From Candidatus Limnocylindrus sp. (GTDB lineage Bacteria; Chloroflexota; Limnocylindria; Limnocylindrales; Limnocylindraceae): a stretch of DNA of 50,969 nt. The position numbers and the translations under genes are program-made. Shown here one piece after another: positions 9,813 through 18,385 of the stretch. The stretch spans positions 1 to 50,969 of the forward strand of contig JBIJDR010000001.1 in assembly GCA_044343985.1 (NCBI GenBank). Reading direction: 5' to 3'. How positions within the stretch are numbered: position 1 is the stretch's first letter; each line of letters begins with the position of its first letter. Below the pieces are notes generated by a model. It did not search any database. It was not told the origin of the DNA and saw only the letters and a list, made by a program, of their open reading frames with translations.

Positions 9813-11051
9813 ATGGATGAGCGATTCACGACGATTGCCGCGATCGATATCGGCACCTCCAAGGTGAGTTGTGCCATTGCCCACATCGGCGGCGATGGCG
9901 GCTCAATCTCCGTCATTGGAAAAGGGACCTCCCCAAACACTGGGATGCGGAAGGGGGTCGTCACTGATATTGAGAAGACGGGTGCTGCGATTAAGGCGGC
10001 GGTTGACGCCGCTGAACGACTCTCCGGCTATCGCATTGAGCATGCGGCAATCACCGTCTCTGGTAGCCACGTTGAAGGGCAGAACTCAAGCGGCCAGGTT
10101 GCGGTAGCCAACCCTGACCGTGAGATCCGCGACGACGATGTTGATCGCGTCCTTGAGGTCTGCCGCGCAATCCAGGTCCCTGGATCCCGCATGTTGCTCC
10201 ACGTCCTCCCTTCTTCCTACATCGTTGATGGCCAGGAGGGGATCCAGCAGCCGCGCGGCATGGTCGCCTATCGCCTTGAGGCGCGCGCCCATCTGATCAC
10301 TGCGGGAGCCACGGCGATCCAGAACCTTGAGAAGTGCGTGCAGACTGCGGGAATCGCCGTGGATGATTACGTCCCATCGTCGCTGGCTGCGGCTGAGCTG
10401 ACGCTCACCGACACCGAGCGAGAGCTCGGCACGGTGCTCGTAGATATCGGCGCTGAGACCTGCGACATCGCCATCTTTCACAACAACGCCGTGGTCCACA
10501 CCGCCGTCTTGCCGATCGGTGCCGCCTTCATCACGCGAGACGTTGCGATCGGCCTGAAGGCGAGCCTCGCCGCAGCCGAAGAGCTGAAGGTGAACTACGG
10601 GACCTGCGATCTGCGCACCGTGAGCGTGAGCGAGCAGTACACCGTGCCAGATGAGCCGGGCGGCCGCCGCATCGAGCGCATTGAGCTTGCCAGGATTATT
10701 GAGTCACGGATGAGCGAGATGTTTGAACTGATTGCTGGCGTGATCGCCGTGGCCGGCCCAGAGGCGACGAGCGCTGGGGTGGTGTTGACGGGTGGAGGCG
10801 CGCAGCTCGACGGGATCACCGCCCTCGCCCGAGACATCCTGAAGGCACCAGTCCGCGTCGCCGCCCCAGAGGGGCCGCTCCTCGGCATCCTGGACGACTT
10901 TCATGGACCGTCGAATGCCGCGATCCTCGGCCTCTTCTCCTGGGTTGCCCGTAGCCTTGACGAGGCGGGGATCGCCGAAGAGCCCCAGGCGGGCATTCTC
11001 GGTCGGGCTGGCGCCGCACTGAAGGGCCTCTTCTCCCGCGTTCGCGGCTAA
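9813..11051 (+). CDS. ftsA: cell division protein FtsA (actin-like ATPase)
   Basis: 412-aa ORF preceded by GGGAGGG. It has N-terminal AAIDIGTSKV, VLVDIGAETCDIA and VLTGGGAQLDGI actin-fold phosphate motifs. Located immediately upstream of ftsZ. Confidence 0.93.
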   Translation: MDERFTTIAAIDIGTSKVSCAIAHIGGDGGSISVIGKGTSPNTGMRKGVVTDIEKTGAAIKAAVDAAERLSGYRIEHAAITVSGSHVEGQNSSGQVAVANPDREIRDDDVDRVLEVCRAIQVPGSRMLLHVLPSSYIVDGQEGIQQPRGMVAYRLEARAHLITAGATAIQNLEKCVQTAGIAVDDYVPSSLAAAELTLTDTERELGTVLVDIGAETCDIAIFHNNAVVHTAVLPIGAAFITRDVAIGLKASLAAAEELKVNYGTCDLRTVSVSEQYTVPDEPGGRRIERIELARIIESRMSEMFELIAGVIAVAGPEATSAGVVLTGGGAQLDGITALARDILKAPVRVAAPEGPLLGILDDFHGPSNAAILGLFSWVARSLDEAGIAEEPQAGILGRAGAALKGLFSRVRG

Positions 11052-11086
11052 CTCCGCGTCCTCCTGACCTCAGGTGAAGTTCACTC

Positions 11087-11115
11087 TTCAACGCATCCCG
11101 CTGCGCTGCTACAAT
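11087..11115 (+). promoter_or_regulatory. candidate sigma-70-type promoter for ftsZ (-35 TTCAAC, 17-nt spacer, extended -10 TGCTACAAT)
   Basis: It lies in the 155-nt ftsA-ftsZ gap: TTCAAC (11087-11092), a 17-nt spacer, then TACAAT (11110-11115) preceded by TGC. This would give an ~85-nt leader ending in a GGAGGGGAG Shine-Dalgarno before the ATG at 11207. Prediction from sequence only. Confidence 0.4.
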
Positions 11116-11206
11116 CCCACGAACCGACGGGAGGGCGGTCTGCACACTGTGGGGGAGACCTCACGTGCGGGTCGACGTTCGGTAGTAAAGCGGAGGGGAG
11201 AGGCCG

Positions 11207-12445
11207 ATGGCTTCGCAGTCTGAGAACTTTGCGCTAATCCGCGTCGTTGGAGTTGGCGGTGCCGGCTCTAACGCTGTGAATCGCATGATCCGAGCCGAGC
11301 TTCTCGGCGTTGAGTTCATCGCGGTGAACACCGACGCTCAAGCGCTCGTGAAATCCCACGCCCCCACCCGCATCCGCATTGGTGATGCGATCTCCCGTGG
11401 CCTCGGCGCCGGCGGCGACTCAGTTGTTGGCGAGCGTGCCGCCCAAGAAGACCTTGAGAATCTCCGCACTGCACTTGATGGATCAGACCTCGTCTTCGTC
11501 ACCGCCGGTATGGGTGGTGGCACCGGCTCTGGCGCCGCGCCCGTGGTGGCCAAAGTCGCGAAGGATCTCGGTGCGTTGACAATCGGCATCATCACGAAGC
11601 CGTTTGAGTTCGAGGGGAAGCGTCGTGCCGCCGTGGCGAATGCTGCCGCGGAGGAGCTGCGCAAGTACGTTGACACCATGATCGTTATTCCAAACGAGCG
11701 ACTCCTTAGCGTCGTGAGCCGTCAGACCTCAATGGAAGATTCGTTCCGTATCGCGGATGACGTGCTTCGACAGGCAGTGCAGGGGGTCAGCGATGTCATC
11801 ACCGTTCCTGGAATCATCAATCTTGACTTCGCCGATGTGCGCAGCATCATGAAGGATGCAGGGTCTGCGTTGATGGGGATCGGTCGCGCCAGCGGCGAGA
11901 GCCGCGCCCGCGCCGCAGCGGAGCTTGCGATTGCATCACCACTCCTTGAGCTTGATATCGAGGGCGCAACAGGGGTGCTCGTTAACGTCGCCGCTTCTTC
12001 TACCGTGACCCTTCATGAGGTGAACGAGGCGATCAACCACATCACCGAACGCGCTGATCCAGAGGCGAATATCATCTTCGGCACCTCGCTCGATGAGACG
12101 CTCGCCGATGAGGTGCAGATCACGGTAATCGCCACTGGCTTTGCTGGAAACGCACGAAGCCAGACGTCGAGCGCCGCAAGCCTCCGCACCGAGTTTCCGT
12201 TCGGCCGTGATGACGGGAGCGTTAACTGGAGCGCATCGGCACCGACTGCTGGCACCTCCACAACCCCGGTAACGCCATATGCAGCACCCGCCCAGGTAGC
12301 GCCTGCGCCATCTTGGACGCCGAGCACGCATCCAGCAGTCTCACAGGAGCCGATCGCAGCGCAGCTGGAGGGTGAGGGGATTAGCCCGGCCCCAGTCGCC
12401 GGTGATGAGCTGGAGATCCCCGCCTTCCTTCGCCGCCGCTCGTAG
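11207..12445 (+). CDS. ftsZ: cell division GTPase FtsZ
   Basis: 412-aa ORF with GVGGAGSNAVNRM and the tubulin signature GGGTGSGAAPVVA. A Pro/Ala/Thr-rich linker leads to the conserved C-terminal peptide DELEIPAFLRRRS. Confidence 0.97.
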   Translation: MASQSENFALIRVVGVGGAGSNAVNRMIRAELLGVEFIAVNTDAQALVKSHAPTRIRIGDAISRGLGAGGDSVVGERAAQEDLENLRTALDGSDLVFVTAGMGGGTGSGAAPVVAKVAKDLGALTIGIITKPFEFEGKRRAAVANAAAEELRKYVDTMIVIPNERLLSVVSRQTSMEDSFRIADDVLRQAVQGVSDVITVPGIINLDFADVRSIMKDAGSALMGIGRASGESRARAAAELAIASPLLELDIEGATGVLVNVAASSTVTLHEVNEAINHITERADPEANIIFGTSLDETLADEVQITVIATGFAGNARSQTSSAASLRTEFPFGRDDGSVNWSASAPTAGTSTTPVTPYAAPAQVAPAPSWTPSTHPAVSQEPIAAQLEGEGISPAPVAGDELEIPAFLRRRS

Positions 12446-12452
12446 CTCGCGC

Positions 12453-13172
12453 ATGTCTCATCTTGCTGAACAGTTAGCGTCGCTTCACGCCCGCGTTCGC
12501 GCTGCCGAGCAGCGTGGTGACCACCAATCGGGGAGCGTTGAAGTTCTTGCCGTCACCAAGGGTGTCTCCGCCGAGCGCATCGCTGAGACGATTGATGCTG
12601 GACAGCGTGCCTTCGGCGAGAACCGCGTCCAGGAGCTGGAGGAGAAGCGCGCGGCGGTTGCACAACTGCGCCCAGGCGTGGATGTGCGGTGGGACCTGAT
12701 CGGTCCGCTGCAGAGCAATAAGGTGCGTCGAGCGCTCGTTGCCGCCGATCGCATCAGCTCGGTTGATCGCGTAGAACTCCTTGCGCGCATTGCGGAGCTT
12801 GGCGGAGCAGACGGCGCTCCGCGCCAAGTACTCCTCCAGGTCAACATTGATGAAGATCCGGCAAAGTCTGGCTTCACTCCAGACGCGCTCCGGGCGGCCT
12901 TGCCAGAGATCGCCGCCGCCCTGAGCGGGGCGTCGCTGACCATTGAGGGGCTGCTCACTGTTGGACGCTTCACGAGCGACTCCGCTGTGGCACGGAGCAC
13001 CTTCTCCTCCTTCGTTGCCTTCTCGCACAGCCTTCGCGAAGCGGCCTCGGCGCAGGGTCTTCAGATCGGGACGCTCATCTCTGCGGGGATGAGTGGTGAC
13101 TTTGAACTCGCAATCGAGGAGGGGGCGACGCAGGTGCGCCTCGGTAGCGCACTCTTCGGGGCGCGCGGGTAG
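12453..13172 (+). CDS. yggS: YggS-family pyridoxal-phosphate homeostasis protein (alanine racemase N-terminal fold)
   Basis: The tracked ORF starts at 12372 inside ftsZ. The ATG at 12453, 8 nt after the ftsZ stop, gives MSHLAEQL.... Family pattern present: LAVTKGVS, FGENRVQE, WDLIGPLQSNKV, LSAGMSGDFELAIEEGATQVRLGSALFG. The position after ftsZ is typical. Confidence 0.9.
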   Translation: MSHLAEQLASLHARVRAAEQRGDHQSGSVEVLAVTKGVSAERIAETIDAGQRAFGENRVQELEEKRAAVAQLRPGVDVRWDLIGPLQSNKVRRALVAADRISSVDRVELLARIAELGGADGAPRQVLLQVNIDEDPAKSGFTPDALRAALPEIAAALSGASLTIEGLLTVGRFTSDSAVARSTFSSFVAFSHSLREAASAQGLQIGTLISAGMSGDFELAIEEGATQVRLGSALFGARG

Positions 13173-13181
13173 GCTTTTGAT

Positions 13182-13424
13182 ATGGGATTTACGCCGCAAC
13201 TCGCCGCAGACTTGGTCCTCCAGACGCTCTGGTTCGTTGTCCTCGGGCGCGTTCTGATCTCGTGGGTGGATCCAGCGGGGAGTGGTCGGATCGCGCGGCT
13301 CCTGATTGAGTTGAGCGAGCCGATCCTTGGGCCAGTACGGCGGGTCCTCCCCGCGATGGGTGGCCTCGACTTGTCACCACTCCTCGTGATGGTGCTACTG
13401 CAGTTTCTGCGCGGCGCTCTCTGA
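13182..13424 (+). CDS. YggT-family small membrane protein
   Basis: 80-aa ORF with the YggT pattern (RVLISW...L.ELSEPILGPVRRVLPAMGGLDLSPLL). Located right after yggS, as in many division clusters. Confidence 0.85.
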   Translation: MGFTPQLAADLVLQTLWFVVLGRVLISWVDPAGSGRIARLLIELSEPILGPVRRVLPAMGGLDLSPLLVMVLLQFLRGAL

Positions 13425-13450
13425 TTTCGCGAAGGGGATCAGGAGTCGTC

Positions 13451-13456
13451 TAGAAT
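13451..13456 (+). promoter_or_regulatory. candidate -10 box (TAGAAT) for tRNA-Val
   Basis: TAGAAT lies 9 nt upstream of the mature tRNA 5' end (13466), so the predicted transcript would have a leader of only 2-3 nt. The same hexamer family recurs before several genes in this window. No convincing -35. Confidence 0.45.
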
Positions 13457-13465
13457 CCGCTCCTC

Positions 13466-13542
<77 letters not shown>

Positions 13543-13549
13543 TGCGCGG

Positions 13550-16231
13550 CTACTGCTTCGCCATCCTCCGCAGTACGGCAGGCATGATGCCCCCTTGCCG
13601 GTAGGTCTCAAGCTCCATCGGCCCGTCGAGCCGGACGATGAGTTCAATCTCGCTTCGCTCGCCAGTCGCGGTGTCTCCGGTGCCGCTCCCTTCAACCTGT
13701 AGCTGGATGCGCCCGCGCGGAGTGACGTTGGCAAGCGCCTCCAGCGTGAAGCGCTCACGACCATTGAGGTTGTGGCTTGTCGCACTCTCACCTGGCAGGA
13801 ACTGCAACGGGAGGATCCCCATCCCGATCAGGTTGGAGCGATGGATGCGCTCATATGATTCGGCGATAACGGCGCGGACACCGAGCATCTGCGTCCCCTT
13901 GGCCGCCCAGTCGCGGCTAGAGCCTGAGCCGTACTCCTTCCCAGCAATGATTACGAGCGGTGTGGCGCTCTCTGCATAGCGGGCGGCGGCGTCGGCAACG
14001 GCGAGCAGTTCGCCGCTCGGCAGGTGGTTCGTGATCGGGCCCTCCTTGCCGTCGGCGAGTGCATTGCGGAGCCGGATGTTCGCGAAGGTACCGCGCATCA
14101 TCACCTGGTCATGGCCACGTCGCGCGCCGTACGAATTGAAGTCGCCAACGGTGACGCCGCGCTCAATCATCCATCGTCCGGCGGGAGAGTCGGCGCGGAT
14201 TGAGCCGGCGGGGGAGATGTGGTCGGTGGTGACCGAGTCGCCGAGAAGGAGGAGCGCGCGTGCATCGTGAACATCGGCGATCGGTGCAGCTGTCGCTGGG
14301 ATCTTCTCCGTGAAGGCTGGTCGTGCGATATAGGTTGAGGCGGGGTCCCAGGCATAGGTGCGACCTGTTGGCACGGTGAGACCCTGCCATCGCGCATCGC
14401 CTGCAAAGAGATCGGCGTAGCTACTCCGGTAGAGCGAAGCGTCGGCCGCCTTCGCCACGGCGGTTGCAATCTCTTCGTCGCTCGGCCAGAGGTCGCGCAG
14501 GTAGACAGGTGCGCCGTTGCGATCGTTGCCGATCGGATCCACGTCAAGGTTCGTCACCACGTTGCCAGCGAGCGCAAGCGCCACAACCAGCGGCGGTGAG
14601 GCGAGGTAGGCGGCGCGCACGGCGGGGTGGATACGCCCCTCAAAGTTTCGATTCCCTGAGAGCACCGCAGCAACGAGGAGATCTTCGCGCTCCACGGTGG
14701 CGGCGATCTCGCTCTCGAGCGGTCCGGAGTTTCCGATGCAGGTGGTGCAGCCGTAACCGGCAACGTTGAAGCCAAGCGCCGCGAGTGGCTCAAGGAGCCC
14801 TGCACGCTCAAGGTAGGCGGTGACGACACGAGATCCAGGTGCGAGGCTCGTCTTCACCCAGGGCGGGACGCTCATGCCACGTGCGACAGCGTTCCGTGCA
14901 AGGAGACCCGAGGCGATCATGACCGACGGGTTTGAGGTGTTGGTGCACGAGGTGATGGCCGCGATCGCCACCGCACCATCGCGCATAGTCGTTCCGCCTA
15001 CGGTGGCGCTGTGCGCCTTTGATCCGGCGCGATCGGCATAGGTGCGCTCAAACCCTGTACCAAGCTCTGGGAGTGCGACGCGATCTTGCGGCCGCTTCGG
15101 TCCAGCGAGCGAGGGGACGATCTCGTTGAGGCTGATCTCGACAACTTCGTCATAAAGTGGATCGTGGCCGCTGGTCCGCCAGAGTCCCTGCGCCTTTGCA
15201 TACGCCTCAACCAGTTCAATCTGCGCGCTCTCGCGACCGGTCACACGGAGGTAGTCGAGGGTGATCTGGTCAATTGGGAAGAGGGTGGTCGTTGCACCAA
15301 ACTCTGGCGACATGTTGGCGATCGTTGCGCGGTCTGCGAGTGAGACGGTGGCGAGCCCGTCGCCGAACGCCTCAACGTATGCGCCAACAACGCCGTGCGC
15401 GCGAAGTCGCTCGGTGACGGTGAGGACAAGGTCGGTCGCCGTGGTTCCAGATGGCAGCTTGCCGGTGAGCTTAAGGCCGACGATCTTTGGGAGTGGCGAG
15501 AAGAGCGGCTCGCCGAGCAGTACCGCTTCGGCTTCAATGCCGCCGACACCGAACCCGAGCACGCCGAGGCCAGAGATCATTGTGGTGTGCGAATCAGTGC
15601 CGACGCAGGTGTCGGGGAAGGCGAGTGGTGCGCCGTCAATCTCCTCAACGCGGACCACGGTGGCGAGGCTCTCAAGGTTCACCTGGTGGACGATCCCCGC
15701 GCCTGGCGGTACAACACGGAAGCGATCGAAGGCCCCCTGCGCCCAGCGGAGGAGCTGATAGCGTTCCGCGTTCCGCTCATATTCGCGCGCTACGTTCTGC
15801 TCAAGCGCCTCTGGGGTTGCCCAGCGGTCGATCTGCACGGAGTGATCAATGACGAGATCGGCGGGAACCTGTGGGTTGATGCGCTCCGGGTCGATGCCGA
15901 GCTCGCGCGCAGCATCGCGCAGCGCGGCAAGATCAACGACCGCTGGAACGCCCGTGAAATCCTGGAGCACGACGCGTGCAGGAGAGAAGGGGAGTTCGCG
16001 CTCATCTCCCGTCGCCGCGGCCGACGCGCCAGGCTTCCACGCGAGATACGCGCTGACATCTTCCGCTCGGACAAACCCGTTGCCAGCACGACGCGCAGCC
16101 CCTTCAATCAGGATCTTCAGGATGACGGGGAGTCGATCCCATGAGGTGGCGGGCACTGGGAGCCGCTCAAGTGCAATGCGGTCGGGGAGGCCAGGACCAA
16201 GGGGCTCGCGAAGCGACTTCACGTTGGACAC
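13550..16231 (-). CDS. acnA: aconitate hydratase A
   Basis: The ORF is open to a GTG at 16255 (901 aa). An AAGGAGG Shine-Dalgarno lies inside those first codons, 5 nt upstream of an in-frame GTG at 16231, which I take as the likelier start. Fe-S cluster ligand motifs ITSCTNTSNP and GYGCTTCIGNSGPL are present, and the protein has full aconitase length. Confidence 0.95.
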   Translation of the reverse strand: MSNVKSLREPLGPGLPDRIALERLPVPATSWDRLPVILKILIEGAARRAGNGFVRAEDVSAYLAWKPGASAAATGDERELPFSPARVVLQDFTGVPAVVDLAALRDAARELGIDPERINPQVPADLVIDHSVQIDRWATPEALEQNVAREYERNAERYQLLRWAQGAFDRFRVVPPGAGIVHQVNLESLATVVRVEEIDGAPLAFPDTCVGTDSHTTMISGLGVLGFGVGGIEAEAVLLGEPLFSPLPKIVGLKLTGKLPSGTTATDLVLTVTERLRAHGVVGAYVEAFGDGLATVSLADRATIANMSPEFGATTTLFPIDQITLDYLRVTGRESAQIELVEAYAKAQGLWRTSGHDPLYDEVVEISLNEIVPSLAGPKRPQDRVALPELGTGFERTYADRAGSKAHSATVGGTTMRDGAVAIAAITSCTNTSNPSVMIASGLLARNAVARGMSVPPWVKTSLAPGSRVVTAYLERAGLLEPLAALGFNVAGYGCTTCIGNSGPLESEIAATVEREDLLVAAVLSGNRNFEGRIHPAVRAAYLASPPLVVALALAGNVVTNLDVDPIGNDRNGAPVYLRDLWPSDEEIATAVAKAADASLYRSSYADLFAGDARWQGLTVPTGRTYAWDPASTYIARPAFTEKIPATAAPIADVHDARALLLLGDSVTTDHISPAGSIRADSPAGRWMIERGVTVGDFNSYGARRGHDQVMMRGTFANIRLRNALADGKEGPITNHLPSGELLAVADAAARYAESATPLVIIAGKEYGSGSSRDWAAKGTQMLGVRAVIAESYERIHRSNLIGMGILPLQFLPGESATSHNLNGRERFTLEALANVTPRGRIQLQVEGSGTGDTATGERSEIELIVRLDGPMELETYRQGGIMPAVLRRMAKQ

Positions 16232-16389
16232 CGCACCCTCCTTGTTGGCTGCCACTCCACGTGCGGGGGAGCCTCACTGCGTAGCGTAGCGCGCTCACCC
16301 TCTCAGCGCCCTCGCGCTAGCGGGTCTACCATCCTCCTAATGAGAGGTGCCTACGGGCGCCTGACACGTAGGCGATGTGAGGAGCATGT

Positions 16390-16827
16390 ATGGCACTCAG
16401 CAAGCGCATAGCGGTCTCCGCAGGGGGGCTCGTGATCCGCGCCGTGGGCGGGCAGGCAGAGATTGTTGTTGGACGCCGAAAGCGCGAGCGCGACGGCTAC
16501 GTCTGGTCGCTCCCAAAGGGGACGCCCGAAGAGGGGGAGACTCGCGAGGAGACGGCCCTGCGTGAAGTTCGCGAGGAGTCTGGACTTGAGGTGCGCATCC
16601 TCTCGTATTTTGATGCGATCTCCTACTCCTTTGTCCGCACCGGCGAGCGGATTGAGAAGACGGTGCACTACTACATCATGGAGGCGATCGGCGGCAGCTT
16701 TGAGCAGTACGACAAGGAGTTTGACGAGCTGCGTTGGGTGCGGATGGACGAAGCGGTTCGCCTGCTCGACTTCCAGACTGAGAGCGGACTCGTTCAGCGC
16801 GCTTACGATGCGCTCACGCGCGACTGA
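16390..16827 (+). CDS. Nudix hydrolase
   Basis: 145-aa ORF preceded by GAGGAG. It carries a Nudix box, GTPEEGETREETALREVREESGL (GX5EX7REUXEEXGU). Substrate unknown. Its stop overlaps the gcvT ATG by 1 nt (TGATG). Confidence 0.88.
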   Translation: MALSKRIAVSAGGLVIRAVGGQAEIVVGRRKRERDGYVWSLPKGTPEEGETREETALREVREESGLEVRILSYFDAISYSFVRTGERIEKTVHYYIMEAIGGSFEQYDKEFDELRWVRMDEAVRLLDFQTESGLVQRAYDALTRD

Positions 16828-18005
16828 TGCAGCGCACGGCGCTCTACGAAGAGCACCTTGCACTCGGCGCACGGATGGTCGACTTTGCCGGCTGGGAGAT
16901 GCCCGTCCAGTACGCGGGTGTCATTGAGGAGCATCGCGCCGTCCGCACGGGTGCAGGGCTTTTCGACCTTGGCCACATGGGCGAGATTCGCGTCAGTGGC
17001 CCAAGTGCAGGGGCAGCACTCGACTACGCACTGATCTCTACCCCCTCTGCACTGCTCGTCGGGCGGGCGCAGTACAGCATGATCGTCAACGAGGCAGGCG
17101 GGATCCTGGACGATCTTGTGGTCTATCGCATTGCCGATGCAGAGTGGCTCGTTGTTGCCAACGCATCAAATAGAGCGGTTGTGGCTGAGGCACTTCGTGA
17201 GCGCGTCGGTGGATCAGCAACTGTCGTGGATGAGAGTGATGACACCTCAATGATCGCCGTCCAGGGGGTGACGAGCGCCGAAGTACTAGGGTCACTCCTC
17301 GTAGAAGAGGAGCGCTCGGCGTTCCACGCCATGCGGAACTACTCGGCCGCTACCATGCGGCTTGAAGTTGCGGGGGCGGAAATCACCGCACTTATTGCAC
17401 GCACGGGATACACCGGCGAAGTTGGGTATGAGGCCTACGTTGAGAACGCCCACGCAGTTACGCTTTGGCGCGCGCTGCTGGCTGCAGGTTCAGCGAACTC
17501 GCACGACACCCCGTTCCAGCCGATCGGGCTCGGTGCACGCGACACGCTCCGCTTGGAGGCGGGAATGCCGCTCTACGGGAACGAGTTACGCGAGGGGCTC
17601 ACACCGTTTGATGTTGGCTTTGGCAGGGTTGTGAAGCTTGATAAGCCAGACGGCTTCGTTGGTAGCGGCGCGCTCGCAGCGCGCGCGGCGCGCGGTGAGC
17701 ATTTTGGGCGCACCCTTGTTGGTATGCGTGTAACCGGGCGCGGGATCGCACGACACGGCTACGAGGTGCGCCGACCGGGTGGCGCAACGCTCGGGTTGAT
17801 CACCTCTGGGACACACTCGCCGAGCCTCGGCTATCCGATCGCACTCGCCGATCTTGATGCGGAGGCGGCCCCATTTACGCTTGGTGAGCCACTTGAGGTG
17901 CTCATTCGTGGGGAGGGAGTGGCTGCCGAGGTGGCTGGCGTACCATTTATCCCGAAGCGATCAACAGAGGGACGAGCGCAGGGTGCGCATCAGCAAGGGG
18001 GTTGA
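16827..18005 (+). CDS. gcvT: glycine cleavage system aminomethyltransferase (T protein)
   Basis: 392-aa ORF. It has the canonical N-terminus ([26 protein letters not shown]...[20 protein letters not shown]) and [12 protein letters not shown]. Followed by gcvH. Confidence 0.95.
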   Translation: MQRTALYEEHLALGARMVDFAGWEMPVQYAGVIEEHRAVRTGAGLFDLGHMGEIRVSGPSAGAALDYALISTPSALLVGRAQYSMIVNEAGGILDDLVVYRIADAEWLVVANASNRAVVAEALRERVGGSATVVDESDDTSMIAVQGVTSAEVLGSLLVEEERSAFHAMRNYSAATMRLEVAGAEITALIARTGYTGEVGYEAYVENAHAVTLWRALLAAGSANSHDTPFQPIGLGARDTLRLEAGMPLYGNELREGLTPFDVGFGRVVKLDKPDGFVGSGALAARAARGEHFGRTLVGMRVTGRGIARHGYEVRRPGGATLGLITSGTHSPSLGYPIALADLDAEAAPFTLGEPLEVLIRGEGVAAEVAGVPFIPKRSTEGRAQGAHQQGG

Positions 18006-18007
18006 AC

Positions 18008-18385
18008 ATGACGTCGCCAGTAGATCTTCGCTACTCAAAGGAGCATGAATGGGTTCGAGTGAGCAGTGATCGTGCGGTCATAGGGATCACGGCGCATGCG
18101 GCAGGCGAGCTTGGCGATGTCGTCTTCGTGGACCTTCCAGCGGTCGGCGCAACTCTCAAGCAGTTCGCGGTCTTCGGTGCAATCGAATCGGTGAAGGCGG
18201 TGAGCGATCTCTTCAGTCCGATCTCTGGCAGCGTGGTGGCGCGCAACGAGCAACTTGCGAGCGCTCCGGAGACCGTCAATGCGGATCCGTACGGCGAAGG
18301 CTGGCTCCTTGAGGTTGCGCTCAGCAACACAGAGGAGCTTGCGGCACTTCTTGATGCCGCTGGATACGACCAGCTGACCGCATGA
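18008..18385 (+). CDS. gcvH: glycine cleavage system H protein (lipoyl carrier)
   Basis: The tracked ORF begins at a TTG at 18002. The ATG at 18008, 7 nt after AAGGGGG, is the likelier start. YSKEHEWV and the lipoyl-lysine motif ESVKAVSDLFSPISG are present. Confidence 0.95.
   Translation: MTSPVDLRYSKEHEWVRVSSDRAVIGITAHAAGELGDVVFVDLPAVGATLKQFAVFGAIESVKAVSDLFSPISGSVVARNEQLASAPETVNADPYGEGWLLEVALSNTEELAALLDAAGYDQLTA

Noticed and set aside
16256-16389. Possible glycine riboswitch upstream of the gcvT operon.
   Set aside because: The 134-nt region shows none of the conserved glycine-aptamer core segments (no ACCGAAGG-type junction and no tandem aptamer layout). gcvT is also not the first gene, because the Nudix ORF is coupled in front of it. 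Only short generic inverted repeats are present.
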